Translations under genes and position numbers: made by a program
The notes under the pieces: model-generated
Databases searched by the model: none
Seen by the model: only the letters and a program-made list of their open reading frames with translations
What the model was told of the DNA's origin: nothing
Source: Eledone cirrhosa
Taxonomy: Eukaryota
Length of the DNA stretch: 64,000 nucleotides
Reading direction: 5' to 3'
NCBI GenBank assembly: GCA_964016885.1
Contig: OZ024741.1
Coordinates: 280,612,001 to 280,676,000 of the forward strand
Shown: in pieces, positions 14,287 to 27,100 of the stretch
Position numbering within the stretch: position 1 is the first letter of the stretch
Layout: each line of letters opens with the position of its first letter

Positions 14287-17200
14287 CTTAGTTGTCATCT
14301 GACATTACTTTTTTCTTATATTGAATTTATTTGTTTATCAACCCCAGCACGAGGAAGCAGCTCTGACCTCTATTTTTTTGTCTAATTTCAGTGCTGAGAA
14401 AGATAGTATTCATGTTGCTAAACTTCATGGTACATCAATGTTTAAGGTAGGTTGATATAAAGACTTTCAGACTTTATTCAGTCATTCATTCTTTCATTAT
14501 CATTTTCACCCTCATCATAAGTTCCATGGACTGGATGGGTTATCACAATACACACCGGCACACACACTAATAGGATATCATCATCATTATTTTTACATCT
14601 GCTTTTCCATACTCTCATGGGTTGGACGGGTCCTTTTTAGCACATCTCTCCATCTGTCCATTCCTTCGTCATCTCCTCGGTGAGTTTCAGCGATTTGAGA
14701 TCATCTCTCACCACCTCTGCCCAGGTTTTTCTTGGTCTACCTCTACTGTGACTTCTTTCTGCTTGGATTATATATATTTACACATACATATTATCATCAT
14801 CATCATAAGATGACCTTCCACTTTCCCTGCTAGCAAGGGTTGGACGGGTCTTCATTGACAGTCTGTACTGAGTTGGGGCTACTAACCTCCCAGATAGGCC
14901 AGTAGTTCACATCTCACTTACATACAGTTCCACATTTGACCAAGTGCATTTTATCATGGCTCCAATACTAGAGAGGTTGTCATGTCTTTAACACAACTGA
15001 AGAGTCCTCTCAACCCTTTGTTTAGCAATATGTATGTATGTATATATATATATCATCATCATTGTTTAACATCCATTTTCCTCGCTAGTATGGATTAGAT
15101 GAGTTGTCCTGTTGTGAGGCAAGTGAGGTCAGATGACCCTCTCTTGCTCATACCATCCACATTTACAGTCTGGACTAGGTGCTTTTTAACATGGCACTAA
15201 AATGACCAACTAACAGGTTGGACTGGGTACTTTTTCATCAAGTCACCAGCACGACCACCTTACAGGGTGGACTGGGTGCTTTTTGTCATGCCACCAACAT
15301 GATCACCTTACACACTGGACTGATTGCTTTTTGTCATGCCACCAACATGACAACCTTACATGCTGGACTGGGTGCTTTTTGTCGTCGCCAACATGACCAC
15401 CTCACAGGGTGGGCTAGATGCTTTTTGTCGTGTCTTTTTGTATGTTAGTAATTTTTAACATGTTGAACATTTTCATTTCAGGATGCACGAAGTGAAGCCG
15501 AAGAGTATATATATAAACAGCTTAATGTGAAAATTGACGAATTCTTAGATTTAGGTATGTCATATTGTATGAAGATGTGTGTTGTTTTTTATTGGAGAAG
15601 AATGCTTGAACTGTAATCTTTAACTCTTTCTTTACCATATTTCTAATTGAAGACACTGAAACTATAGTTTTAAAATAATTTCATACACACACCACTCTCA
15701 CATACACACTACTCACACACACACACGCACACACCACTCATGCACACACCACTCATGCACACACCACTCATGCACACACCACTCGCACACACCACTCACG
15801 CACACACCACTCACGCACACACCACACACACCACTCACACACACACCACACACATACTCATACACATATTGACCTCAGCAGGATTGGAATTCAAAGTACA
15901 GAGAACCAGAATGAATGTCACAAAGAATTATATCCAATGTTCTAACGACTGCCAATTTGTTACATCATTGAACATGATTTTATGTTATCAATCGATTGGT
16001 TATTCAAAAATACTTGCGTTTTATATGTTTCAGCAAATTACGACTGGGCGTTAATGGAACCGAAAGGCCATGCCAGTGGCTATCTTGTGGATCTTATTGC
16101 TTTTTTACAAAGTACATTTATGTCATTCACTAACCTGCCAGTAAGTAATTTTGATTTTACTTATGCTTTTCTCCCATTTACATATACATACCTATACATA
16201 CACACACACATATATAAATATACACACAGAGGCATACACACCATTAATCAGGGTAGTACTCAATATATGTTTAGGTGCATAGCAGCACTAATTGAATAGG
16301 AGGGACGGGTCTCCATACTCTCTCTCATAAGGTGTGTGTGTGTATATATCTATATATATAAAACTGTAGTTGTCTGTGTGTGTGTGTCCTCATTTTTGCA
16401 AAGTCTATACAAATCCACACTTCTACTCCGATTGACTTCAAACTTGCATTTATATATTCCTTGCGGTCTCAAGATATTAACTGCAGCTTTTATTTTTCAA
16501 TTTTCTGTTGTTAAAGGGGTGTTAGGTGCCGGTTATCCATCTCTGTCATGCTCTTATAATATCTGTCTGTATGCCTGGCTGTCTGCATTACGATATTCTG
16601 ACGAACATTGATGACATATTATCTTTGTTTTTTTCCGTTCATTGCCAGGGAACGTCTTCACGAACCAAAGTATCATCTTCCTGTTTTCCTTCGGTTGCAA
16701 CGTTTTTCGAAATACTTACTTCTGCGTTCACAGATTGATGTTTTTAGTTTCAGAAGATCCCGTTAAGGGTGAAAGCAACGATTCTTTGCTTAAACTTTAA
16801 TCTGTTATTTTAATCTATATATGTATATATATAAAACTCAGGAAGGATGTATGTATGTATGTATGTATGTATGTGGGGGGGGGGGACCCGAGAAGTACCC
16901 AACTGATTATTTTCGAACTTTACATGTCTATTACTTATGTTTCAGGGAGTGTTATGCACATAAAAAAATTCAACTTTTTGATCCCCTAGGGCCTGCATTA
17001 GGTGAAAAACTGTGTTTTTTCAGCTTTTTAGGGGTTTTTTTGAGGCGTTACGTCAGACCGATTTCCTTGATATTGTAACTATGTATTAGTCAGTCTCTTC
17101 TTCATAGCGTGAGCAAAGAAAATCCAACTTTTTTATGGCCTAGGGCCCGCATTAGGTGGAAAACTTCATTTTTTCATCTTTTTAGGGCTTTTTTGAGGCA

Positions 17201-20200
17201 TAACATCTAGCCGATTTTCCCGAAATTTCAAGGTATATTATGCACATAAAAAAAAATTCATTTTCTTGATCCCCTAGGGCCCGCATTAGGTGAAAACCTG
17301 AATTTTTCCTCCTTCATCACTGTTTTACGTCCGTTCTTCCACGCTAGCATGGGTTAGACGGGTTGCCTGTCGGCAGACCATGTCTTGCTCATACGGGAAC
17401 TGATTATGGCTTGATTTCTACAGCTGGATGCCCTTCCTAACACCAACCTCATTTACAGTGAGTGCTGGGGGCTTATTTTCCGTGGCGCCTACACATCCAC
17501 TTTACAGTGTGGGCTGGGTGCTTTTTTGCCATGGCACCTCCACGACCACTTTGCAGTGGGAGGGGGTGGGGGCATATTGTCTACCCATGCTAACGTGGAA
17601 GATAGACGTTAAATGATGATGCTTCGGCTTGTACCCGTGGGGGGTCGGGACTTCTGTATTACTGCGTGACGCCAGAGGTCACAGTCGTGTGTCATCACCT
17701 TTGAGAGGTGTAATTGAGTAAGGTCGGCTTTTATCACCTCATCCCAGATCTTCTTGGGTCTCTCCACTCCACGGCTTCCATCGACTTCTAGTACTCTGCA
17801 CCTTTTTATGCAGCTGTCATCCTTCATACGCATCACATGTCCATACCAACGCAACCTCCTCTCCTGCACACAGCATTTGATTCCTCTTATGCTCAGTCTC
17901 TCTCTCAATTCGATTATGCTTTGCTGTTCGCATATATTACTATTACACATCCATCAGAGCATGCAGGCTTCATTTCTTTCTAATCTACGCAAGTCTTCTA
18001 CAGACAGCGCCCAGGTCTCACTACCATGTAACATTGCTGTTCGGATACACGCATCATACAGTCTGCCTTTCATTTTGAGGGAAAAGTCTTTTGCAGCTAG
18101 CAGTGGCAGTAGTTCCCTGAACTTCTTCTATCCCGTTCTTTCCCTAGTTATTGTACTTTCCGAACACCCACCTCCGCTGCTAATTCAGTCACCTAGGTAG
18201 CAGATAATGTCTACTATTTCTACAGAGCCTTCCCACAGTGTGGTGGTGCTTGTTTCTTGTGGCTGTTTGCTGCTTGCTATCCCAGCGCAGCTGCTACATG
18301 TGAAGCCTACACTCTTAGTTAAGCTTCCTGAGATCCCACTACATCTCTTGTGTACCCATTGTTTGCATTTGGGGCAGAGGATGGAGTTCCTACCTACACC
18401 TTTCCTACATACTGAGCAAGGCCATTTCCCTGAGGGGATCTGGGTTCTGTTTTCTCGTCTACTTACAAGGACCTTAGTTTTTGTCAGGTTGACTTTGAGA
18501 CCCTTTCTTTCTAGTCTCTGCTTCCATGTTTGGAATTTGTTCTCTAGTTCTACCGTAGATTCAACTATAAGTGTGAGGTCATCTGCATACAGGAGTTCCC
18601 ATGGGCATCTGGTCTTAAACTCCTCCGTTATTGCCTGGAAAACTATGATGAACAAGAGAGGGCTAAGAACAGAGCCCTGGTGGACACCGACCTGTATGCT
18701 AAATTCCTCGCTATAGTCGTTGCTAATCCTAACTTTGCTGTCTGCTCCCCTATACATGGCTTGTACAGCTTTCACAAGCCATTCATCTACTCCTAGTTTT
18801 CTAAGAGCCCACCAGATTATAGCACGGGGGACTCTGTCAAAGGCTTTCTCCAGATCGACGAATGCCAGGTAGAGCGGCTTAAGTTTAGCTAGGTACTTTT
18901 CCTGTAACTGCCTCACAAAGAAGAGGGCATCAGTGGTGCCTTTTCCTGGCACAAACCCAAATTGCATCTCATCTAGTTTCACCCGGTCCCTAATCAACTG
19001 TGCTATAACTCTTTCTGTTACTTTCATCACCTGATCCATCAGCTTTATACCTCTATAGTTTCCTCTATCTAGTGCATCACCTTTACCTTTGTAGCAGTTG
19101 ACAATGATCCTGCTGCACCAATCCTTTGGTATGACACCTTCTAGTATTACCTGGTTAACAGTACGTGTGGTTATGGTGTGACCTACCGACCAAGATGCCT
19201 TCAGCATCTCAGCAGCTATACCCGATGGACCGGTTGCCTTTCCCCGTCTTCATATCTTTGATTGCCTTACTTACTACGCTGCTGCTGACTTGTAGTACTG
19301 GCCCCTCTATAGGGTCTACTTGGGGTAGGGTCTCTTCTTCCCATCCATTCTCCTCGTTTAGTAATTTTTCATAATGGCTCTTTCACGCATCTTTCTTCTC
19401 AGCACTTGTGAGGGCAAGCTCACCTTTATCATTCTCCAATGACATCACAATTCTCTCTGACACACTGCCTCGCAATCTTGAACACCTATTTCTGGTCCTC
19501 ACATTGCAAAACATACTTGAATTTCTATCCTCCGCTTCCCTTCTAGCTAAGTATACTTGTCGCCTTGCTTCCCTCCTGGTCTCTATGTAATGTACCCTGC
19601 TTCTCCCGTTCTTCCATTCTTTCCATGCCTGTCTCTTAGCCTTAACTGCCTCATCTACCTTATTGTTCCACCACCAAGTCACTCTCCTCCTGTCTTGCTC
19701 CAACCACATATCTCATCCATCGCCTTTAGGAACTCCCAGTGCTCTTTTACATTGAATATCTCTATCTGTTCTTCTTTACTGTCATAGGCATTGAGTAAAA
19801 TATCTTTAAATCTGTTACTGGCTGAGGGGTCTTTCAGCTTCCAGATCTTTCTTCTCCAGGTTGCCTTCTGTTTCCAAGTTCGCCTAGTTTTGACAGTGAG
19901 GTCGCTGACAACTAAGTTATGTTGGGAGGTACATTCCTCACTAGGGAAGGCTTTTGTGTTTACGACCGTCCATTTGTCACATCATCTGATAAGGATAAAA
20001 TCTATCTGACTAGAATGCTCCCCTGATTTATAGGTGATCAGATGGTTGTCAGTTTTTTTAAAGTTTGTGTTACATATCGACATGTCATTAGCGTCGCAGA
20101 ATTCTAGAAGCCTGAAGCCTTCTTCATTTCTTGTGCCAACCCCGTGGCTTCCATGAACTCTATAGAAGCCGTCACAGTGTTTACCTACGTGCCTGTTAAA

Positions 20201-23200
20201 ATCTCCTGCAATGATTAGGAAGTCATTGTCATTTGTTAGGGCAGTAGTGTGCATTAGGGACTCATAAAACCTATCCTTAAGTTCGTCTGGTAACCCTGAA
20301 GCAAGCAAATACAAGTATATATATATATAACAAAGGAATTGTGGTAAGGAACCAGATGGACCATAACGCACCAGAGTACTCAATACTTAGGGTAGTAGAG
20401 TGGTTAATAGGAACAAGTAGGACCCCGACGGCTGGGCTCAAGAAATAGCCGTCAAAACGGCTTGACGTTGGGATCATACTTTTTCCTTTATATATATATA
20501 TACATACATATATATATACATTTGCTGCACACGGTAGTGGGGTGGCTGGTGCGGCCATGTGCGAGAACCCCTCCGACCATCATCAAGCAATCACACAAAA
20601 ACAACTGCGTAAACAGCAATAACACTAACTATGTTAGGGCTGCGCACGGTAGTGGGGTGGCTGGTGTGGCCATGTGTGAGAACCCCACGACCATCATCAA
20701 GCAATCGCACAACAGGAAAAAGAACGAGATGTCGCATCTCGGAGTTGCCACACTTAATGTTGGCATTCTAACAGGTAGATCTGGTGAGATAGCGGAGTTG
20801 CTGGAGCGAAGGTATGTGGATGTGTGCTGTGTGCAAGAGGTGCGATGGAGAGGTGCCTCTGGAAGACTAATTGCAGGCAAACATTGTAGTTTTAAGCTTT
20901 TCTGGGTGGGTAGTGATGATGGGTTAGGTGGGGTGGGCATATTACTGGCTGAGAGAAGGATCAATAAGACAATAGAGGTAGAGTTAGTAATGGAATAATT
21001 AAGCTTAGATTAGTCGTAGGCAAGAGACTACTGACAATCATCTCTGCCTATGCTCCCTAGGCAGGCCTAGGTAAAGAAGAGAAAGACTGCTTTTACGAGC
21101 AACTTTTACAAACAGCCTTAATGATAGACGACAGAGACATCATTATGCTAGCAGGGGACTTCAATGGACATGTTGGACAGCTCCAGGATGGATACACTGG
21201 GGTACATGGTGGGCACGGTTACAGCTCAAGAAATGAAGAAGGAGTGAGGCTTCTTGAATTTTGTGATGCAATTGCACTAACCATTTACAACACTAACTTC
21301 CAGAAGCCTACCAACAACCTAATAACCTACAAATCAGGCGAGCACATAAGCCAGATTGACTTCCTGCTAGTTAGACAGCGAGACAGACAGATGGTGTCAA
21401 ATACTAAGGCATACCCTGGGGAAGAATGTACCCCGCAGCATAGGTTAGTCGTTAGTGACATCTCAGTAAGCATGAGAAAGAATGAGACATACAGGAAGGT
21501 GTGGGAAAGAAAGGTCTAGAAGCTAAAAGACCTTTCATTAAAATATAAATTTAGCAAAGCCCTTCAAGACGTGTATGACGAAAAAGAAGACGATTTAGAG
21601 TTGTATGACATAGATGATAACTGGAATTTCTTATGTGACAACTTACTGCAGGCTACTGAAGAAACTTGTGGTTGGGTCAGAGCTTCAACCAGACAGAGAG
21701 TGACCTGGTGGTAGATAGGGCCATTAGAGACAAAAGACTGGCATGGAAGGCTTGGAAAATGGTGGGAGTAGGGAAGGATACACAGTCGCTAAGAGAGAAG
21801 CTAGATGTTAGGTGTACTTAGCACACAGGGAGGCTGAGAGTAGGAGGTTTGCCAATGTTCTGCAACGGGAAGATCAGAGACGTGCGGTGTTCCGCGTTAC
21901 AAGGCAGTGTGTCAGTGCAAATCAGAATGTTGTTGGAGATAAGTGTGTCCAGAATGATGCCGATGTACTTAGTGTCATGAATGATAAAAAAAGGGAGGCC
22001 TGGAAATGTCACTATGGGAGACTGATGAATGTGGAAAACGAATGGGACAGAGAAATTACCCCCAGTAGACCCAACAGAGGGACCAGCGATTGAGATTGAT
22101 GAATATAGGGTACAAGAGGCAATTAAAGAAATGAAGAATGGTAAGGCTGCTGGACTGTCAGGGATAGTTGCTGGGATGTTGAAGGCATCAGGTGAAGTAG
22201 GTATTAAACTGGTTGCATGCATCATCAATCAGGCTATATATGGTGGTGTCTTACCCAAAGACTGGTGCAGCAGTATTCTCATAAATTGCTACAAAGGTAA
22301 AGGGGATGCTCTAGAGAGGAGCAATTATAGGGGCATAAAGCTGATGGATCAGGTTATGAAAGTGGCAGAGAGAATATTAGCGCAACTGATTAGAGAAAGG
22401 GTCAAATTAGATGAGATGCAGTTTGGTTTTGTGCCTCGGAAAAGTACAACAGATGCCCTCTTCTTAGTGAGGCAATTACAAGAGAAATTCTTAGAGAAGA
22501 ATAAGCCACTATACTTAGCTTTTGTTGACCTAGAGAAGGCCTTTGATAGGATGCCCCGATCTGTCATCTGGTGGTCCCTAAGGAAGCTAGGTGTAGAGGA
22601 ATGGCTTGTGAGGACAGTACAAGCTATGTACGGGAGTGCTGTCAGTTAAGTGAGAGTAGGTATTGGAGTTTAGTGAGGAATTCTAGATACAAGTAGGTGT
22701 ACATCAGGGTTCGGTTCTCAGCCCACTCTTGTTCATTATAGTCCTCCATGCCATAACAGAGGAGTTTAAGACTGGCTGCCCATGGGAACTTCTCTGTGCT
22801 GATGATCTGGTTCTTATAGCAGAATCAGAGGAGCTAGAGAATAAATTCTGGCTATGGAAACAGCAGTTGGAATGAAGAGGACTGAGAGTGAACATAGCTA
22901 AGACAAAAGTGTTGATAAGTAGAAGAGAGGACAATATTCCAATTCCATCAGGGAACAGGCCATGTTCGATATGTAGGAAAGGAACTGGCATAAATTCCAT
23001 AAAATGTACGCAATGCAGATCTTGGGTACACAAGAGATGTAGTGGGATAGCAGACAAACTAACAGGTAGGGAAAACTACGTATGCAGATGTACAGGGAAA
23101 GTTGGCAGTAGTAATCACAGTGATACACATTTTTCCAATGCAGGTGGGTTCTATAGAAGTGGTTGATAGCTTCCACTACCTAGGTGATCAGATTAGTGTT

Positions 23201-24163
23201 CCGAGCCATAGTATCTAGAATAAGGTCGGGTTGGAAGAAGTTTAGGGAGCTGCTTCCTTTGTTGACAAAGAAGGGTTTCTCTCTGCATACGAAAGGACGG
23301 TTATATGATGCCTGTGTGAGATGCGCGATGCTGCATGGTAGTGAGACATGGGCAGCAACTGCAGAAGATATGTGACGGCTGGAGAGAAATGAAGCAAGTA
23401 TGCTCCGTTGGATGTGCAATGTCAATGTGCGTGAATGACCAAGCATAGACGAGTTGAGAAAGAAACTGGGTATAAGAGGGATAAGTTGTGGTGTGCAGGA
23501 GAGAAGGCTGAGATAGTATGGACATGTGATGCGCATGGAGGATGACTGATGGGTGAAGAAGTGCCAGGAAGTCCCAGTGGATGGAAGACGCAGTAGAGGT
23601 AGACCACGAAAAACATGGGCGGAGGTGGTGAGAGCAGACCTCAGATCGCTGAAACTCACCGAGGAGATGACGAAGGACCGTGACAAGTGGAGAGATGCTG
23701 TGCTGTCCAACCCTTGCAAGTAGGGAAAAGCGGACGTAAAATGATGATATATTTGTGTGTATATATCAAATAATGCCCAACCCACAGATACAAGCATGAA
23801 AGATGAACACACTCTCCATCTGATAGCCCACAATGGTGTTGCCACAACAACAAAAAAAAGTTCACCCGGTACAGTGGTCATACTTGTGACATGACAAAAA
23901 GCTCCCCGTCCAACCTGTGATGTGGTTGTGTAAGTGACACAGCGAAAAGCACCCAGTTCACACTAATATTGTTGGCATTAGGAAAGGCATCCTGCTGTAG
24001 ATGTGGTCACCTGACCTGTCTTGTCTCATAACGTGACAGCCCATCAAACCTACGCAAGCGTTGAAAAATATACATTAAACAGTGGTGATTATGATGATGA
24101 TGATATATATACATATATAGTAAAAATAAATAAAGATCAAAATCCAAAGAGGACTTGATAAGA

Positions 24164-24198
<35 letters not shown>

Positions 24199-27100
24199 GT
24201 TTCTACTTTTGGCACAAGGCCAGCAATTTTCCAGTGTATTACTGGTACTTTATTTTATCGACCCCGTAAGGCAAAGTTAACCTCGGCGGGATATATATAA
24301 TGTGTGTGTGTCTGTATACAATTTATTCAAGAAGGAAGTAGATTGGCATAAACCATGGGGTATCCGTCCATAATTCTCTCACCTCTTTCTGTTGAAACTG
24401 GCCGTAACTGGCCACTCATACTGACGTTAAGGTATTGTTCTCAACATAAATAACATCAAATTCTCATAGTTTCGATATTATGTGAAATAATTATGTAAGA
24501 TAAAGCCTTTACCACAAAAATACCATAGTATATATAGAGTAATCTAAATGCTAAAGGGTTAAATACCTTACAGTTTTTTTTTCTCTATGCTCACTTTTAG
24601 GTCAACTTTGTCTTAAAACTCTAAAGTCCCAGTCATGTATTAGGGTCATTTCAATCAACCATGCCAAAGTGATAAATCATTATTTATTAACCATTTAGTA
24701 TTTTCTGTATTATTTCTGCAGGAAAAGGTTGCCAGAACAGCATGTATGTCTGCTTGCAAGCACATAGCTTGTAGCTTGATGGATTTTGTGATGGACAATG
24801 ATGTCAAACAAGTTACAATGGGTGCTTTACAGCAATTCAATTTAGACCTAATTCAGTGTGAACGTGAGTAACCTTCTGACATTAGTTATTCTTGTTTAAT
24901 TGCAAAATATTTCCTAGTATGGAAAAAAATAGCTAGAAAAATGTCTTAGATCATCTCAGATGCAAGTTGTCATTATCTTATTGCTACCAATATCATAAGC
25001 CGCTATCATCAATGTTAACACCATACAATGGTGTTAACAGCTGTCATTTTTGTAGAGGTGAAATATTGAACTATCCTTTCTTAGGTTGTGTGAGCTAAGA
25101 ACTGCTTCTTGAAACACCCTGAGATCTTAGGAGGCATTTACATTTTTACAATTCTTTGCCCACTTATTCCCGGGTGAGTTGTGAGGGCAGTGTCCTTAAG
25201 TACTCCTTCCACCAGATCCTGTCAGAAGCAACTATCAATTCATCTGGCTGGATCCCCAAGCGAGACCAAGCTCATGGACATTATCCAACCATCTTTCTCA
25301 GGGTCTACCCCTGGGTCTTCTGCTGGTTGGTTTTACCCATAAAATCAGTCCAGCGATTCTTTCCTGTGACATTCTATCCTCATGTCCGTAATATCGGAGC
25401 TGTGATATCTCAATTCAGAGAAGTATCAGCTCTACTTGGAGTGACTCAGTGATCTCCGGGCTTCGCACCTTATCAAGTAACAATACTCGAAAGACTCTTT
25501 TTACAATAATCAATGCGATTTCAGAAGAGTGACGGTATTCCTTATAGTTAGTAGATTATAAGACCTTTTGAACAAATCTTGTATTGCAGTTGCTATCACT
25601 ATTCATATAAACTCTTTAAGCCTTAACCCTTTCGTTACCATATTCCTAATGAAAGTCACTGCCTATGAGTTTCAAATAATTTTGAAAATATTCAAGAATT
25701 TGGAGAGATTTAGTAACATAACTAATTTCTTTTTTATTATAAAGCTGGTATTTGGAGAATAACTCAACAAAGGTTTATTAATAAAATTATGATGGAAGGC
25801 TGTTGAATAAATATAAACATTTAAAAATAGTTTTGTAACGTAAAATGAAGGCTAGTTTCAGGCAGTTTGATATGAAAAGGGTTAAAACAAGATGCATGAT
25901 ATTTTCAGAATTTGCTGCATCAGAACCAGTGTCTGGATTTAATGATGGTACGCTGCTTTTGGCTTTTGCTGATCTCAGGCAGGTAAGACCATTCACTATT
26001 TGTTGGAAAATTGATTTAATCATTTTACTATCATTATACAATTTGTCTTCATGTATTTCCATGTGTGTAAGAACTTATATATAAATTATATGGTTATATG
26101 CAATATATATATATATATTTTTTTTTTTCTCTATTTCGTAGCTACTTGATTTGCTCCTGAACTGGGACTGGTCTGTTTATTTGGCTGATTATGGTCAACC
26201 TAAATGTAAATATGTTCGCGTCAAACCTCTTGTAGCCATATCACTCTTAGAAAAGTAAGTACCTTGTTATTTTGGATTATATTTTCTGTTTTATATCATT
26301 ATAATATATTTTATATTTATATATATTATTTTATTGGACTTTTCTATTCTTATGATAATAATAATGAAATTATTGTGTAAAGTGCTCAGGTGCACTACAA
26401 CTCGTCAAAGGTGCATGTATAGTACATAGAATAATACACAAATGTCAGGGAAGTGAATAGTGTATGAGTCATGATATACATGTGTGTATGTGTATGGAGG
26501 GGGAACATTAGGTGTAGTGTTGGCGAATCTCGGGAAGCATGGAGGCCTTAAAGGATGCAGTGTCTCGACAGCTAACAACCGATGCAGGTAGTTTGTTCCA
26601 TGCTTCAGCAACTCTGAGCATGAAAAAATGTTTCCGAAAGTCATGGGAACTGTACTGTTTTCTGACTCTTGTTTTAGTTTTCTTTACATCTAACATTACA
26701 GGATCTGACAAAGCTAAATTCTACATTAAATAGCATATATGCATTGGTGGCTTAATGCATAAGAACTTTATAACACTAAGTGTAGAAATAAAGGCTCTTA
26801 GTTTCTGACAACATGCGGCAGTCACCATCTTGTCAGCAATGATGGTAAAATAATGTGCATATTCTTGCCATCCAATCTTAAATTCACAATCAAGCCAATG
26901 GATTAAAGTATAATTGTAGCCTGTAAACGTCTGTTTGCATTTATATATATACGTGTGTGTGTGTGTGTGTGTAAATCTACATACATATGTGTATTTGATA
27001 CAACCATATAGTTAACTTGCTACTTGTGTTATATATATATATATATATGTATATATGTGTGTGTGTTTTTTTTCCTGACAGGTTAAACAGTGGAGATAAG

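Noticed and set aside
15740-16054. His/Thr-rich ORF (similarly 47851-48350, 48912-49294 and 8488-8800)
   Set aside because: Microsatellite or tandem-repeat translations
17754-18716. Long + strand ORFs of 148 and 169 aa (and similar ORFs antisense to the other LINEs)
   Set aside because: Shadow ORFs on the opposite strand of RT-coding sequence
21500-23560. TGG>TAG stops suggesting APOBEC-type hypermutation of the LINE
   Set aside because: Only two clear cases; a third is explained by a deletion and other stops fit ordinary C>T/CpG decay
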